Origin: Convolutriloba macropyga
Lineage: Eukaryota
Direction of reading: 5' to 3'
NCBI RefSeq assembly: GCF_964194025.1
Contig: NC_134478.1
Coordinates: 55,428,001-55,492,000, forward strand
DNA: 64,000 nucleotides
Shown: piece by piece, positions 22,947 through 36,300 of the stretch
How the letters are laid out: every line of letters starts with the position of its first letter
Numbering within the stretch: the stretch's first letter is position 1
Made by a program: the position numbers and the translations under genes
Notes under the pieces: generated by a model
What the model was told of the DNA's origin: nothing
What the model saw: the letters and a program-made list of their open reading frames with translations, nothing else
The model's database searches: none

Positions 22947-23360
22947 AAAATTGCATCTTCTGGAAAGTGTCTGACCAGAGCACTTTTAAAGCGGTCCAAT
23001 AAATAATGCCGCTAATGTGACCCAATAGAAAATGGCTTGGAAAGTTTGAAATCATGTACATATAACCAGGACCGGTTTTGTACGTTTCTTTCATAAAACC
23101 ATAGGCGTCGTGAAAAACTGCATGCACTCGAAGAACTTTCGAATCTTTCGTAGTATTCTTGTAGTGCACTATCTCCCGGGCCCATAAGTCCACCATATGG
23201 AGCTAATTTGTCAACTGCATTCACATCTACTTTTGGATCTATGAGCATGCAAACTGCAATAAAACCATTTTTCGACTTTTCGTTTTGTGGAAACGCTCGA
23301 GAGACAAGCTTGAAATTACACAAAACTTTATTAATGTCAGCAGATTGGAAGATGCGACTG
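22933..23360 (-). pseudogene. Putative phospholipase A2-like protein, frameshifted
   Basis: PYGGLMGPGD (ORF 23012-23323) followed after a frameshift by LRVHAVFHDAYG (ORF 22933-23196), i.e. a GPG loop plus an HD dyad. Confidence 0.45.
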
Positions 23361-24642
23361 ATTTAGAAGGATATGAAATAAATAATGATCAAGTTATGCA
23401 ATAGTTCTTATCTCGTGCTATCATGTTTTTTGTTTACTTTTTTGAGTCATTGGTTTTTTCCATAATTTCTTCATCCTCCGGTGGTGCATCCCAACATTCC
23501 CAACATGAACATTGTGCATTTGTGAGTCCACAATGAACTTCAATAAACATTGAATGATCAGTTCGGTATAATGATCCCCAACCGGCTGCAAGAATGTCTA
23601 CAAATGCCTCAATGGTGTGCTTGAATGGGGAGTCAGTGCTCTCGAGGCTTTCAATTTATGCAATTAATCGCTTCTGGTACTCGGTTGATTTCGGTTCTGC
23701 GAGCTGGACTAGATCTCTTAATTTCCCACACCAAATCTATTTACTGGCTTCGCTTTGGAATGTCTTCAACTAAAGAATCAGTGTTTCGTATGAACTCTTC
23801 GAAGATTTCTCCTCGTCTTGAAATCTCCGATACGTTGAATAGCAAGAACCGTTGATTAAATGTCTAAAAGGCCCTTTGGGGCACAAACACTCGTGCTCTG
23901 ATTTCGTTGAGTACTTTGCTTTCTTGTCGAATAAAGGATTTGATAGTTTTCTCCATGTGTTTAGGATTATCGTTTGAATGGACAACGATGTGCTGGTGCT
24001 CCGTGGAGATGTCATCACACCATCTGAAGGATGCACTTGTTGGGCTCATGGTTGACGACTGCAAACTGCCAATCGATGAAATGGTCAATCCAATGAGCTA
24101 GGCCTTTCGGATGGCGCTGAGAGGTCAAGGTTAACTGGGGATGTTCTGTTTTACGTCTCTTGCCCGATAGGGACTCAACAGTTTGCTGAGCAGGTAGTAG
24201 AATTTGGGCACTGTATATAATAAATCAGAAGCTACTCGGCGGGTTGCTCAACATTTTTGTTGTATTGCTCTTGAAAGAAAAAGACCTGTTTTATAGGCGG
24301 GTTTTATTTGCTTTTGATAAAAAAGTTATCGAAAGAAAGATAATGGGGAAATTCCAAGACCTGCTCCGTCTTAGTGGAATTTTTTCAGTTTTAGCTGGAA
24401 TCTGGTGGAAACTAAGAGGCTTCGAAAAGTCAACCTGATTCAGTTGGGATTGCGAGGTTAACCAACTGAACCAAGTTGACTTTATTTCATGACTTTATTT
24501 TCAGTTGAAATACTCATTATATAATGTGTTAACAACAGTAACATTTCTGAATTATATTGCGTTTGAAACTTTCAGCAGTTGGTTCTTGTAAAGCAGTGGT
24601 TTAGGCATTAATCTAGAGTTGTTAAAGTGTAATTTTGACTTA

Positions 24643-24704
24643 GGTTCGAGACTGGATGGGAGGGATCCAATAACTGTGCGGTAGACCCCTCTTTTTTCAC
24701 TACT
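24643..24704 (-). repeat. Right terminal inverted repeat of Polinton
   Basis: Reverse complement reads AGTAGTGAAAAAAGAGGGGTCTACCGCACAG...GGATCCCTCCC, starting with the AGTAGT typical of Polintons. Confidence 0.88.
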
Positions 24705-24710
24705 ATTATG

Positions 24711-25700
24711 CTTCGATGGGATAAAAACGATGTTTGTCATTCATAAGTAATCACTTACAACAAGTCACTCACTATGAAAAAAAACAAATACAGGCGAAAT
24801 CCAAAAACTCATTAAAAAAAGTGCCAGAAGAAAGTGTCGGGGCCAATTAAATCATAAGCTTTTCTCTGGAAACATTATGTAAGATCCATGGAACGTCTTC
24901 TCTAAGCCAATGAGAGCTATCAAAATCAAGATAATGTAATAAGATTTCAAAAAGAAATAAAAATACGAAAACAAACATCCAAAATTTAAAAAAAAAATTA
25001 TGAAAACTGGTGCATCGAACTCATAAAACCAATAGTGAGAAGATAAAACCGCTAACTAGATAAATTTTGTTTGAAGTAGAAAATGAAAGGGTCCTAACAT
25101 TACTGATACTGACTTACAGTTCAAGAAAATCAGTTTACGATTGGTTAATGATCAAAACTTTCGAAAAACTATTTTAAAAGTCTTCACAGCCGTTAAATTC
25201 AATAGCTTTCAACGGATGTCAATAAAAACGCTAAGTTAGGCCTCAATAGGAGAAAAACGATGTTTGTCGAGCATCGGTAATCAATAAGACATCACAATAA
25301 ATCTTATGACTATGAAAACAACAATAAATATAGGCAGAAACCAAAAATTCAGTAGAAAAGTGCGAGAAGAGAGTGTCGAAGCCATTTAAACCAAACGTTT
25401 TTCTCTGAAAACTTTATTTATCATCCGTTGAACCGTTTCTCTGAGCCAATGGCAGCTATTAATTTTAAGATAATGTGATATAAGGAACCAATAATACCAA
25501 AAATATCAAAAATGAAATTTTTGCAATCTTGTGGCATTGAAGTCAAATGACCAAAAGTTAGAAGGTAAAACAGCGAACCATATTAATTTTGGTTGGAGTA
25601 GGAAAGAAAGGGTCCTGTAATTACAGACTGACTTACAGTTCACAAAAAAAGTATTCATTAAAGTTGAAAAAATTTCCGAAAATGTATTTTCAAAGTCTTA
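24711..25700 (+). repeat. Diverged ~530-bp tandem repeat (Polinton target sequence)
   Basis: Two aligned units (aaaaacgatgtttgtc...gggtcct...actgacttacagttca...agtctt.acagcc). The left flank 9180-9233 is the rest of the interrupted unit. Confidence 0.8.
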
Positions 25701-25865
25701 ACAGCCATTAGCTGTCCTTTTAAAGCACTAGATAGGTTCACTTAAGTCTCATTACGATCCCTATTGCACATCCGAAAATGTATTTTCAAAGTCTTAACAG
25801 CCATTAGCTGTCCTTTTAAAGCACTAGATAGGTTCACTAAAGTCTCATTACGATCCCTATTGCAC
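25675..25865 (+). repeat. Near-perfect ~96-bp tandem duplication
   Basis: tccgaaaatgtattttcaaag...gatccctattgcac occurs twice. Confidence 0.9.
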
Positions 25866-28800
25866 TTTTAGTCAATGAGTCTATACCATACGACTCACAA
25901 AAATTTTGTAACACCAAAATCAAAATTTCAATTAAAGTTACGAAAATTCAAGGTCAAAAAAAACATGAGCGATTCCTTGAGAATGAATTTTGTGTTCATT
26001 GGGCTTCACTTGACTGTAAATGAGGTTTGTCATTAACGGAACCTCGATATGAAAAGTGACTAGTCTCTAGGTAACAAAAACGAAAAAAGATGAAACGTTT
26101 TCTAAAAAAGGAGCTTTCAATTAGAATTCAAAATTTTTGATAGTAAACTTCCCTATGAGACCAGAACTAGTCTTTTTTATTGCCATTCGTCTATTAGGAA
26201 CACAAAATTGATTCATTTTGTGGCGTGAAATGTAATTTTGAACTAATTTTATACTAAAACTCTTAATTTGAACGAAAATTCGCCTAAAAGTGAACAAAAT
26301 CATGCCAAATATCGCGTAAACTTTAAACATCGATAAATCCTCGAAAAAAAACGAACCATAAATTTTTTAAATTTCGAAACACTATAACGAAATTAACTGA
26401 TGATATGCATAGTATCGTTCCTCAACAAATAAATAAGTCGCTTCCTTTTCAGTAGTTTTTAAGTTTTCTACATGAGCAGAAGTTAGCCGATTTGGCTTTT
26501 GTACTCTCACTGTTTAACAGCTGAAATGTTCTGAAGTTACTAATATAAACAAACATCGCAGAATTTGGAATACTGCTTTTCAAAATCACTTTGAGCAGAA
26601 AGAGAGGAGTGAAATTAGCCAAGAAAGGCAAAAAGATTTCCCAACAAAATTAGGTGAAGCAAACAAATAATTTTCAATTTACGAAGAAAAAAAACATAGC
26701 AGGACAAGTCCCAGACATATTAGAGAGACAAGAGGCAAAAACGACAAAAAATTTTAAAAGTTTATGAAAACTACTGCAAAGTTGGAAAATTCCGGACGCT
26801 GACGCCCTCAAAGCCACTGCAGTTTGTGGAAATCTACACAATCCACCTGCAAACGGGCCGTGAAGGTACAAAATCCTGGAAAAGGACAAAAAAATCAAAA
26901 CTTGAAAAAACTGCAAAAAGATCTACAGCTTTTTGTGTTTAAATTTACATTGTTGCAAGTACAAGTCTACCAGGAACTTTAATCAAGGTTAAGTTAGGAC
27001 ATAATCAAACTTAAGATCCATTTCACAAAAATACTAAAACAGAAGAAAAAAGGAAAGATACTAAAACAAATCTAATGCCACTTGACTTTTTTGTCCCATT
27101 ATAAAAACTCTAAGTAGTCGAAAAAATATGAGCAAATACAAAACATAAACCGACTACCGTTGAATGAATTGCTCTCGAACGACAGGCTGGGAACAAATTA
27201 ATTTAGGGGTGTGGCTTAAGAAATTTTTGGTCGCAAAAACTCGGGATTTAAAAGGGGTTCGAAACATCGAACTCAAGGATAGAAGTCCGACATCTTAACC
27301 AATAGGCTACAACCATGTTGTTACTAAACCGCTAACAATCACTGTTATATTAGCAACAAATTTCAGAGTTAGACCAATTGAAATCGCTCAAAATGAAGAA
27401 GTGAAGCTTGAAAAAGTCACTTGACACAGAATGTTCTGGAACAAAAGCAGAAAATTGTTGAGCAAGAATTTTACATAAAAAAGACCAAGTTTGAAGTAAT
27501 TGCTTCAAATTTTGTTCAAGAACAATTAGAAAATAGCCCGAAGACTCCGGAATCGACTCAAAGTAAAACATAACCAACGCCTTATCTACGCTTTATCCAA
27601 CCACTAACTGCAGTAATCAAAAAATTTACTCCATTACATCGTTCAATTTCGATCGACAAACGGAGGGAAAAATAAAAAATGAATTAGTGAAAAAACTTAA
27701 TTCAACCAAAAAAAATACACAACACAATATAAACTAGAAATAAACAAAAACCGCTAAAAAGCGTCTAAAACGGTGAAATTACAAAACAGCTCATTATTGC
27801 ATCTAAAAGCCTAATATATGATTGAGGCAGTAAGAAATGCATGTTCAGAAGAACCACTCAACGTGAAAAAGTTTACTAAAACAAAACGCTTCAAAAAACC
27901 GCACGTAATCAAAAACATTTGTTCACTCAGAGAATATGTTCACTCTTGATTGCGTTCAGCCGTTTGGATTAAACACTTAGTTTTCACGTGCAGCATGGAC
28001 TTTTACATTCTGTTTTAGATAGACTCCAAAAAATGATCGATCAAAAAACACGCTCCACCAATGCCCCTCTTCGAGTCGTAAAAAAACAGAGCACGAATAA
28101 AATAAACTCATTTAATTGTAAAACATACCCGGCAGATTGCCGGAAAATAGCCGCCGTTGATTCCAATAAGCATGATTGGGATTGAAAGAATAAAGATATC
28201 GAAAAAAAGATTTTTGTACAAAAACATTTTTTAAGTCCGATTTATTTTGATGGCATTTCGTAGTTGAACACACTTCTGTTTCTTAGAGAGAGGCCACAGG
28301 GGCTACTATCAATACCAATAAGCATAAGAGATGGTTTATCCCGTTTCTATTTCTGACTTCAATTTTTTTACTCTGTTCATTTTGAATTGCTTTGCTGAGC
28401 AACTGATGTTCAAATTCACTTTTAGCAGAATGAGAGAAGAGAAAAACTACCCTAGAGAAGTCAAAAAGATTTCACGCAAAATGCTGAAAAGGCGGCAAAA
28501 TGGTAAAGCGAAAAAAAGTTCGACGAAGTAAAAAAAAATTAGGAGCGCTATAATAGCCGGCTGAGAAGATGAGGGCGGCCATTTAAAAAACAATTCAAAT
28601 AATTGCCAGCTGAGAATGACGACGGCTAACAATAAAGCATCAAACGAGAAGACTAATTATGAATTCTACGAATTTCACAGCATTTATGATTAAATATTGC
28701 CCGTAAACTGCGGGATCAATCACCAATGAAAAATTTTGTCGACATCAGAAAAATTTGTTTGTTTTGCGTGTGTTAATTTTGGCCATTTAGAGTGTTCTGA

Positions 28801-30119
28801 GCAAACTGACACATTTTTCATTGTGAGTCCTATAAATTTAGTTGACCAAAATCGGGCCATTTGCTCTCGATCAGGTGCTCAATTTACTTGCAGTCCGATT
28901 TTGTCCGAGGGGAACGGGGTGGGGATGAGATGCGGCGACTATAAGCTCAAAAAGTGACTTTAAATTACATAATCAGAGGTTATTATAGAACACTATTAAG
29001 ACTTAATGTAAAACATAACCAGCTACCGTGAGTCAAATTGCTCTCGAACGACAGAAGACTGGTTGACTTTGAAAAATAGTTAAATTCTCCTGAAACCAAA
29101 AAATTACCGTAAAAATGTTTTATACGTTTCAATCACACGTCCATTAATGATTTTCGCGTGCATACATAACTATTCATTTATAAAGACGAAATTTATAGCT
29201 ATACATTCCACAAAAAAGCGGTTACGGAATAGAAAAAAACTAGAGACAATAAAACTTTTCAAACTGGAGCATAAATATTGGATTCAAATATTGGATCGCA
29301 AAACCAACTTACTTCTATTGCATGCAGTCAAATAGGAGCTAATTCACGCTCCTATTTGACTCCCTGAATTCCTAATAGGAATTCAGACAAGCCAAAAAAT
29401 AGGAACCACAAACAGCTTCAATATTTTCAACTCCGATAGAACATTTTCGGCTTGCTTTCGACCAACAAATTCTATTACACTTTTGGTCCGCTGTAAAAAT
29501 TGATCTTATTTCTAGCGGATGGTTAAATCCCTAATCAATTGAAGATGGTTTCCCAATTAATCCAAAAACCCAGTGAACCAAATCACATGTTTTTAATCAA
29601 AATAAATACGTTTTCTTTTGACCTAAATTTCAGTGATCTCTTAAGCGTTCTGTTAAGCGTCTAATACTATTGTACTTAGATCAGGTCTCTAGATATAATT
29701 TAAGAATTTCAAAATTTTTTTCTCAATTATGTTTTCTCTTTATTTATTTTTGATTTACATTGGTTTTAATAAAATTAAAATAAAAGATACCGAGTCAGAC
29801 ATGATTTTCATGGTTAGCACAAAACCCCTAAAAATGTTAATTTCTTTGATTATCATCATACTGGTGAAATCGTTACTATCCTACATACTAATTGCATAAC
29901 AGTTTAAAGGGTTTCATTTTCAATGGTAAGATTTGTTGAAGCGAATTGCAGCCTCTTACGGAACTATTATTCAGAAATGTCATGTGTGCGTTAAGCTGTG
30001 TGGTTGGAGATTTAGTGTGTTACGTAGACCGTTGTTTTAGCTGCATTATTTGTCCAGTACGGGTCCGAATCAGACATAATCATTTTATTTCTTAGCCCAC
30101 GTTTTCATGTTATATAGAC

Positions 30120-30191
30120 TAGCAGGCCCGCAACAATATTAAAGAGAAATCAAATATCGCAAATGTTACAGACCAAGATTGAAGAAAGAAA

Positions 30192-30238
<47 letters not shown>

Positions 30239-30491
30239 ACAGCAAGAAAATAGAGAAAAGAGAAAGAAAATAGAGTAAAAAAAGTTAGATGATATCAAAT
30301 AAGAGAGAGCAAGAGAAAGAGATAGAGCAAGAGAAAGAAGAGAGCTAGTGATGGTATAGAATGAAAGAGCGAGATACAGAAAGCAAAGAAAGAAAACGGC
30401 GAGGAAAGAGAACAAAAAAATGAGAGGATACTAAATCAGATAGATAAAATTTGGGGAAAAGTTACCTATCGCAAATTATACAGGCCAAGAT

Positions 30492-30536
<45 letters not shown>

Positions 30537-31144
30537 AGATAATGAAAGCGACNNNNNNNNNNNNNNNNNNNNNNNNNNNNNNNNNNNNNNNNNNNNNNNN
30601 NNNNNNNNNNNNNNNNNNNNNNNNNNNNNNNNNNNNNNNNNNNNNNNNNNNNNNNNNNNNNNNNNNNNNNNNNNNNNNNNNNNNNNNNNNNNNNNNNNNN
30701 NNNNNNNNNNNNNNNNNNNNNNNNNNNNNNNNNNNNNNNNNNNNNNNNNNNNNNNNNNNNNNNNNNAAAAGAGAAGAAAGTTGAAGGATAACCATTCCGA
30801 AAAAAATTGGAATTAAAAACAAATATTGCACGCAAATTTTACCGATCAAGATTGAAAAGAGAGCGAGAAAACGGCAGATAATGAACGAGAAAGAGAGAGA
30901 GAAGAGAAAGAAGGAATGAAAGAGAGAGAGAGAGAGAGAGAGATAGAGAGAGAGCGAGAGAGAGAACGAGAGAGAGAAGCAAGGAATGAAAGAGAGAGAG
31001 AGAGAAAAGCAAGAAAAAACATGAGAAAAAATTAGAGGAAAGAAAGAGAAAAAAGAAGAAAAAAGTTAGAGGATATCAAATAACAAAGTAATAACAGATA
31101 TCAGATAACAAAAAAAGACATCGCAAATGTTACAGACCAACGTT

Positions 31145-31198
<54 letters not shown>

Positions 31199-31470
31199 CA
31201 GCGAGAAAACTACAGGGAAGGAAAGAGAGAGAATGAGAGTGCAAGAAATAGAAAGAGAGCGAGAAAGAGAGAGCTAGTGAGGGGATAGAATGAAAGAAAG
31301 AGCAAAATAGAGAAAGCAAGGAAAGAAAACGGCGAGGAAAGAGAAGACAAAATGAGAGGCTATCAAATCAGATAGATAAAAATTGGAGCAAAATCACATA
31401 TCGCAAATGTTACAGGCGAAGATCGTAGAGAGAGAGAAAGCGACAGAATGATAGCGAGAGAGATAAAGAG

Positions 31471-31514
<44 letters not shown>

Positions 31515-31854
31515 CAAGAGAGTGAGAGAGAGAGAGAGACTGCCACAGAGAATGGAAGAGAANNNNNNNNNNNNNNNNNNNNNNNNNNNNNNNNNNNNNN
31601 NNNNNNNNNNNNNNNNNNNNNNNNNNNNNNNNNNNNNNNNNNNNNNNNNNNNNNNNNNNNNNNNNNNNNNNNNNNNNNNNNNNNNNNNNNNNNNNNNNNN
31701 NNNNNNNNNNNNNNNNNNNNNNNNNAAAAGATAGGACAGAAAAGAGATGAAGGATATCCATTCCGAAAAAAATTGGAATTAAAAACAAATATCGCACGCA
31801 AATTTTACCGATCAAGATTGAAAAGAGAGAGCGAGAAAACGGCAGATAATAAAC

Positions 31855-31893
<39 letters not shown>

Positions 31894-32085
31894 CAAGATA
31901 GTCAGGGGGCCGAAAAAAGAGCGAGGACAAGAATAAGATAGGGAGAGAATGCAAGGAAAGAAAAAAGAGAGGAAAGAGAAAAAAGAATAATAAAGAAATG
32001 AGACGATATCAAACCAGATCGATAAAAATTGGGAAAAATCACATTCCGCAAATGTTACAAGAAAAGATTGGAGAGAGAGAGAGAG

Positions 32086-32128
<43 letters not shown>

Positions 32129-32301
32129 ATGATTCAGAAAAGCGAGAGAGAGAGAAAGAGCGAGAAGTAGAGAGCGAGATTGCAAAACAGCGATAGCGAG
32201 AGTGAGAGAGAGAGAGAAAACAAGGGAGTGAGGCGATGAGAGGGCTAGAGAGAGGAGAGAGAGAGAGCAAGCGAGCGAGAAAATATTGATAAGGGGAGAG
32301 C

Positions 32302-32342
<41 letters not shown>

Positions 32343-32400
32343 CAAGGAAGAAAATAGGGATAGAAGATTTAGAGGATATCAAATTAGAGAAAAATTAGAC
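30120..32400. repeat. (GA)n microsatellite-rich complex repeat with two assembly gaps
   Basis: Long GA runs and repeated atcgcaaatgttaca units; N-runs at 30553-30766 and 31563-31725. Confidence 0.95.
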
Positions 32401-32900
32401 AAATTTAGTTCACGCAAGAAGTAAAGATCAAGCGTAAAAACCTACTGAAGAAAGTCAAGCGAAACAATGCTCTAGAACTAATGTTGAACGAAAAAGAGCA
32501 TCAGACGACGACGCAAAAACCAAGAGCACTGCAATATAGTTACACTCAGCTTACAGTTTCGCAGCTAAACCTGGACACTATAACCCTTCTCTATGTTGGG
32601 ACACTATCAGGACCATATAGCCCAGTGGTAACTGATCATGACTAATGACCTTTTGACCCGAGTTCGATTCCCACCCATCAATTGTTTTTTTGCTTTTGTG
32701 CCTTTTAGGTCAATGGCCTCTCTTGATGTGCAATTATGCGCTTCAAGAAGCTTCTTAAACATGCAAAATTTGTCTTTTTAGAGCTCACGCGTTTAATATA
32801 TAAGATAGCAGGCATAACAAAATAAGATAGCAGCATAACATAATAGCTGCTAACAAAATCATATTCTGACAGGTTTCAAAGAATTTAGGATTTCTCTTTT

Positions 32901-35167
32901 GTACCAAATCATGCTCGAACCGACGCCCCCTCGTTTAAATGCCACAGCTCTTACCGCTTACGCTACCGGGGCGCATCTTTTGCGTCTATTACTCTATTTA
33001 GCAGCAACTTTTTGTTAAGGAACAATTTTGGCTTTGCTGTATTTAAGGACCGCTATGAGTTTGCAGATAACGTGCTTCTACATTGTTGCATAGTGCGTCT
33101 CAAAACGCATGTACTACGCTAGGCTTCATGTTAAGGAAGCGTTAAAACACGCGAAGATTAGGAACTTATACATAGTTCCATAGCACTTAAATAATAATAA
33201 TAATTATAACATAGAGAACAATTACAACATTAGAACAATTATAACAATAGAACAATTATATCAATAAAACAGTCATAACAATAGAACAATTATAACAAAG
33301 TAAGATAAAAGAGGAGTAAAGAGAATGGATGACAGAAAGAACCAAAAACACAGTAAAGGATGAAAAAGCAGAAATTAACTTTTCGCAAAAAATAAGAGCC
33401 AATTTCGGCAAAAACTCGGGTGCGAAAAAATGCCACTTGCATTACAGCCATTGGTCTCATCCCTTACTCTACCAACACGTATTAGTTTTGTCTATAACTC
33501 TTTCGATATGGAGTCAAAATTTTTTCAAAGGCGTTTCGGCTCGCTTTTTTTAGGCAGCACGCTTAATGAGCGCAAAAACATAGTAGTAGAAGTTTCATTA
33601 AGGTGGTGTAGCGCGTCTCAAACCGAATGTGTAACGCTTTTAGGACACTTACAGCCAGTTAGGATAGGATAGCAATTAACCATTGCACTCAAAGTCAAGT
33701 GCGACTTAATTTTAAAAGAACAGATAGATAGAAGAAAGGAAGAAGTAAACAAAAAAACTTTACAAAACACTTTAACAAAGAAAAAATTAAACAAAAAGGA
33801 GGAGGAAAGGAAGATAGAGAGAATTGGATGAAAAACAACAAATACTCCTTCTCTTTTTAGGGCCAGCAAAACAATAGCCATTTTCTGCACCAACTTGTGT
33901 GCGGTCCTATGTCCCTTAATTAGCAGTCATACGTCTGAATACATATGCTGCTGATGCCTATTGCATTTGTCTTGCTCTCTCAACATCAGCAGTAATTTTG
34001 TCAATGGCTTTTTGGCGTGCTTGCTTTTTCTATGCGGCTTGCTCAATGATTGCAAAACATGGGCATTTAAAGGGCTTAAATACGACAAGAGAGAAAAGTA
34101 AGAGAAAAAAGAAAACCAAAAGGAGCGGAAAGGAACGGAAAAGAAAAACCAAAAAAAACTTCTGATTTTCTTGAATCTGAAAACTATGCATCCTTTTCAG
34201 TCACTACTTTAACTCCAAACACTGCTCTTCGCATAACAGCCATCGGTCTCATCCTTTTCGCTACTGATCCGTAATTCTTTTGTCAATTGCTATTTCTACA
34301 TCAGCCGTAATCTGGTCAATGGATTTTTGTTCGCTTTTTTTAAATGCTGCATGCTTCATGAACACAAAACATGGGCAGATTAGGAATTAAAATATGACAA
34401 AAAAGAAAGCGAAAGAAAAAAACGAAAAACAAAAAGCAGTTGGCAAACTTTTGCCCAGGAAATAATGCGTCTTTCTCCGACCACACTCAGGACCCAAACC
34501 CATGCCCCTCGATTAACAGCCATTGCCTCCATCAGTTACGCTACGGATGCCTATTGCTTACGTCTACTGCATTTCTATCAGCAAACATTTTGGTAATCGG
34601 CTATAAGGATCGCCTGTTTTTGCTATGCGGCATGCTCTATGAGCGCAAAAAAGGCACAAACTAAGAGCTTATATATAAAGAGAGAGAAAAAGAAAAGCAA
34701 GAATGATTTGCCAATTTTTGCCCAGAAAATTTCTGCTCAGAAATTTTTGCCCAGAAAAAATTTTTTCCCAGAAAAGTCTCTCAGCCAATACCCAAACTCG
34801 AGCCCCTGCCACTTTTAAAAACAAATGGTCCTATCCCTTACGCTACCGATGCCTATTGCTTACGTCTAAATCATCTATTCATTTCCATATCAGCACATTT
34901 TTGGTCAGTTTAGGTTGCTTGTTTTTGAATTGCGGCATGCTTTATGAGCGCAAAATATTGCGTATAGCGAGTCTCAAAACGCATGTAATAACGCAAGTAC
35001 AAAAAAACGCAAGCAAAGAAAAAAAGAAAACAAAAGACAGAAAAGCGACCAGTAAAAAGGAAAACAGTGGAAAAACAAACAGAAGAGAGAAACAAAAGTG
35101 AGAAAAGAAAAAAGAAAGAAAGAGAAAATGAAAGATGTAGAAAGAGATAAACAAACAGACAGAGAGC

Positions 35168-35200
<33 letters not shown>

Positions 35201-36300
35201 AAAGAAGGAAAAAGAAGGAAGAAAGAAAGAACGGAAGGAAGATGAATAAGCAAAAAGGAGGAAGAAACGGAGAACAGAAAGAAAAACAACTTCACAATTT
35301 TGGCTCGAACCCATGTCCATCGCCTAAAAGCCGTAGGTCTAACCCCTTACACTGCCGATGCTTCCTGCTGTCAATTGAACTTTCTACACAAGCACATTTT
35401 TGGTGAATGGCTTTTTGTCTCGCTCGTTTTCGCTAAGCTACATGCTTGATGAGCACTAAATCAATTGCTGACCAGGAGGCTAAGCATGGTGGTGCAGTCT
35501 GCATGTTTGCGAACCGTTTAAACATGTGAAGATAAGAGCGCTGTTGACCATTGCACTCAAGTGCGACTTACATTTAATATAATAGATAGATGAGAGCGAG
35601 AAAAAAAGAGGAAAGGAAGAAGAGATGGAGGAATGAAGAAAGAACAAAAAGAAGATATAGGTAACAAATAAAAGCAAAGAAATGAAGAAATGTTCATCCC
35701 CTAATCCGGCTTGAGCCGAAGCCCCTCGCTTCAGCAAAAAGTCTAACCTGTTGGACTACAGACGCCTGTATCTTTTGTCTACTGAGCTAATTACAGTCGC
35801 AAAATTTTGGTCAAAGGCTTTTTGTCTCGCTTTTTTTGCTGCGCTGCATGCTTAATGAGCACAAAAAGGTGCAGATCAGAAGCTTAAGCATGGTCTTATA
35901 GGCTATTGGTCTGTCTGAATCAGCAAAATTTTCCTCAATGGCTTTAAAAGCTCACCTGTTTTGTCAAGCCTAACGAGAGCCAAACATGGCAGATTAGGAA
36001 TCAAAACATGGCAAAAGAGAATTGGAAAGAGATGAAAAAACGAAAAGGAACGAAAAAAATGAACAAAAAAGAACGGAAAAACAAAGATAACTTCTCAAAT
36101 TTGTGGTCCAGGAAATTATACGTCTTTTTCCGCCTATAATTAGACCCGAACCCCTGCACTTCCTGTGAGAGTCATTGCTCTTATCCTCATCGATTCCGAT
36201 GCCTATTGCTCACGCCAATTGACCTTTCTAATGAGCAAATTTTTGGTTAGTGGCTAATTGCCTGGCTTGTTTTTGCTATTAGGCATGCATTATTGAGTGC
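32901..36300 (-). repeat. Tandem array of ~9 degenerate tRNA-like units with a shared flank
   Basis: Units read e.g. GCATCGGTAGCGTAAGGGATAGG...GGCTCGAG on the minus strand (A-box- and B-box-like). Each has a conserved ~100-bp flank (cctattgct...ttttggtcaatggct...gcatgcttaatgagc). Confidence 0.6.

Larger units (their letters stand above)
9234..24704. mobile_element. Polinton/Maverick (adintovirus-like) endogenous viral element, full length but decayed
   Basis: Termini AGAAGT.../...ACTACT with imperfect TIRs; 6-bp TSD ATTATG (9228-9233 and 24705-24710). Contains pPolB, adenain, major and minor capsid, rve integrase and A32-like ATPase remnants with many frameshifts and stops. Confidence 0.95.

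Noticed and set aside
23400-24240. Cys-rich and other short ORF remnants near the right end of the Polinton
   Set aside because: Too fragmented to assign a product; probably decayed accessory genes.
27240-27316. tRNA-like sequence on the minus strand (ggacttctatcc, Arg-like loop)
   Set aside because: Stems are broken and it sits inside a HINE-like repeat; at most a tRNA-derived relic.
30119-32345. Long ORFs rich in LSLS or RERE
   Set aside because: Translations of (GA)n microsatellite and N gaps.
34703-35406. Overlapping ORFs of 100-136 aa
   Set aside because: Low-complexity purine-rich spacer of the tRNA-like array.
32901-36300. Repeat-spacer pattern read as a CRISPR array
   Set aside because: Eukaryotic context, long diverged units, irregular spacers and no cas genes.
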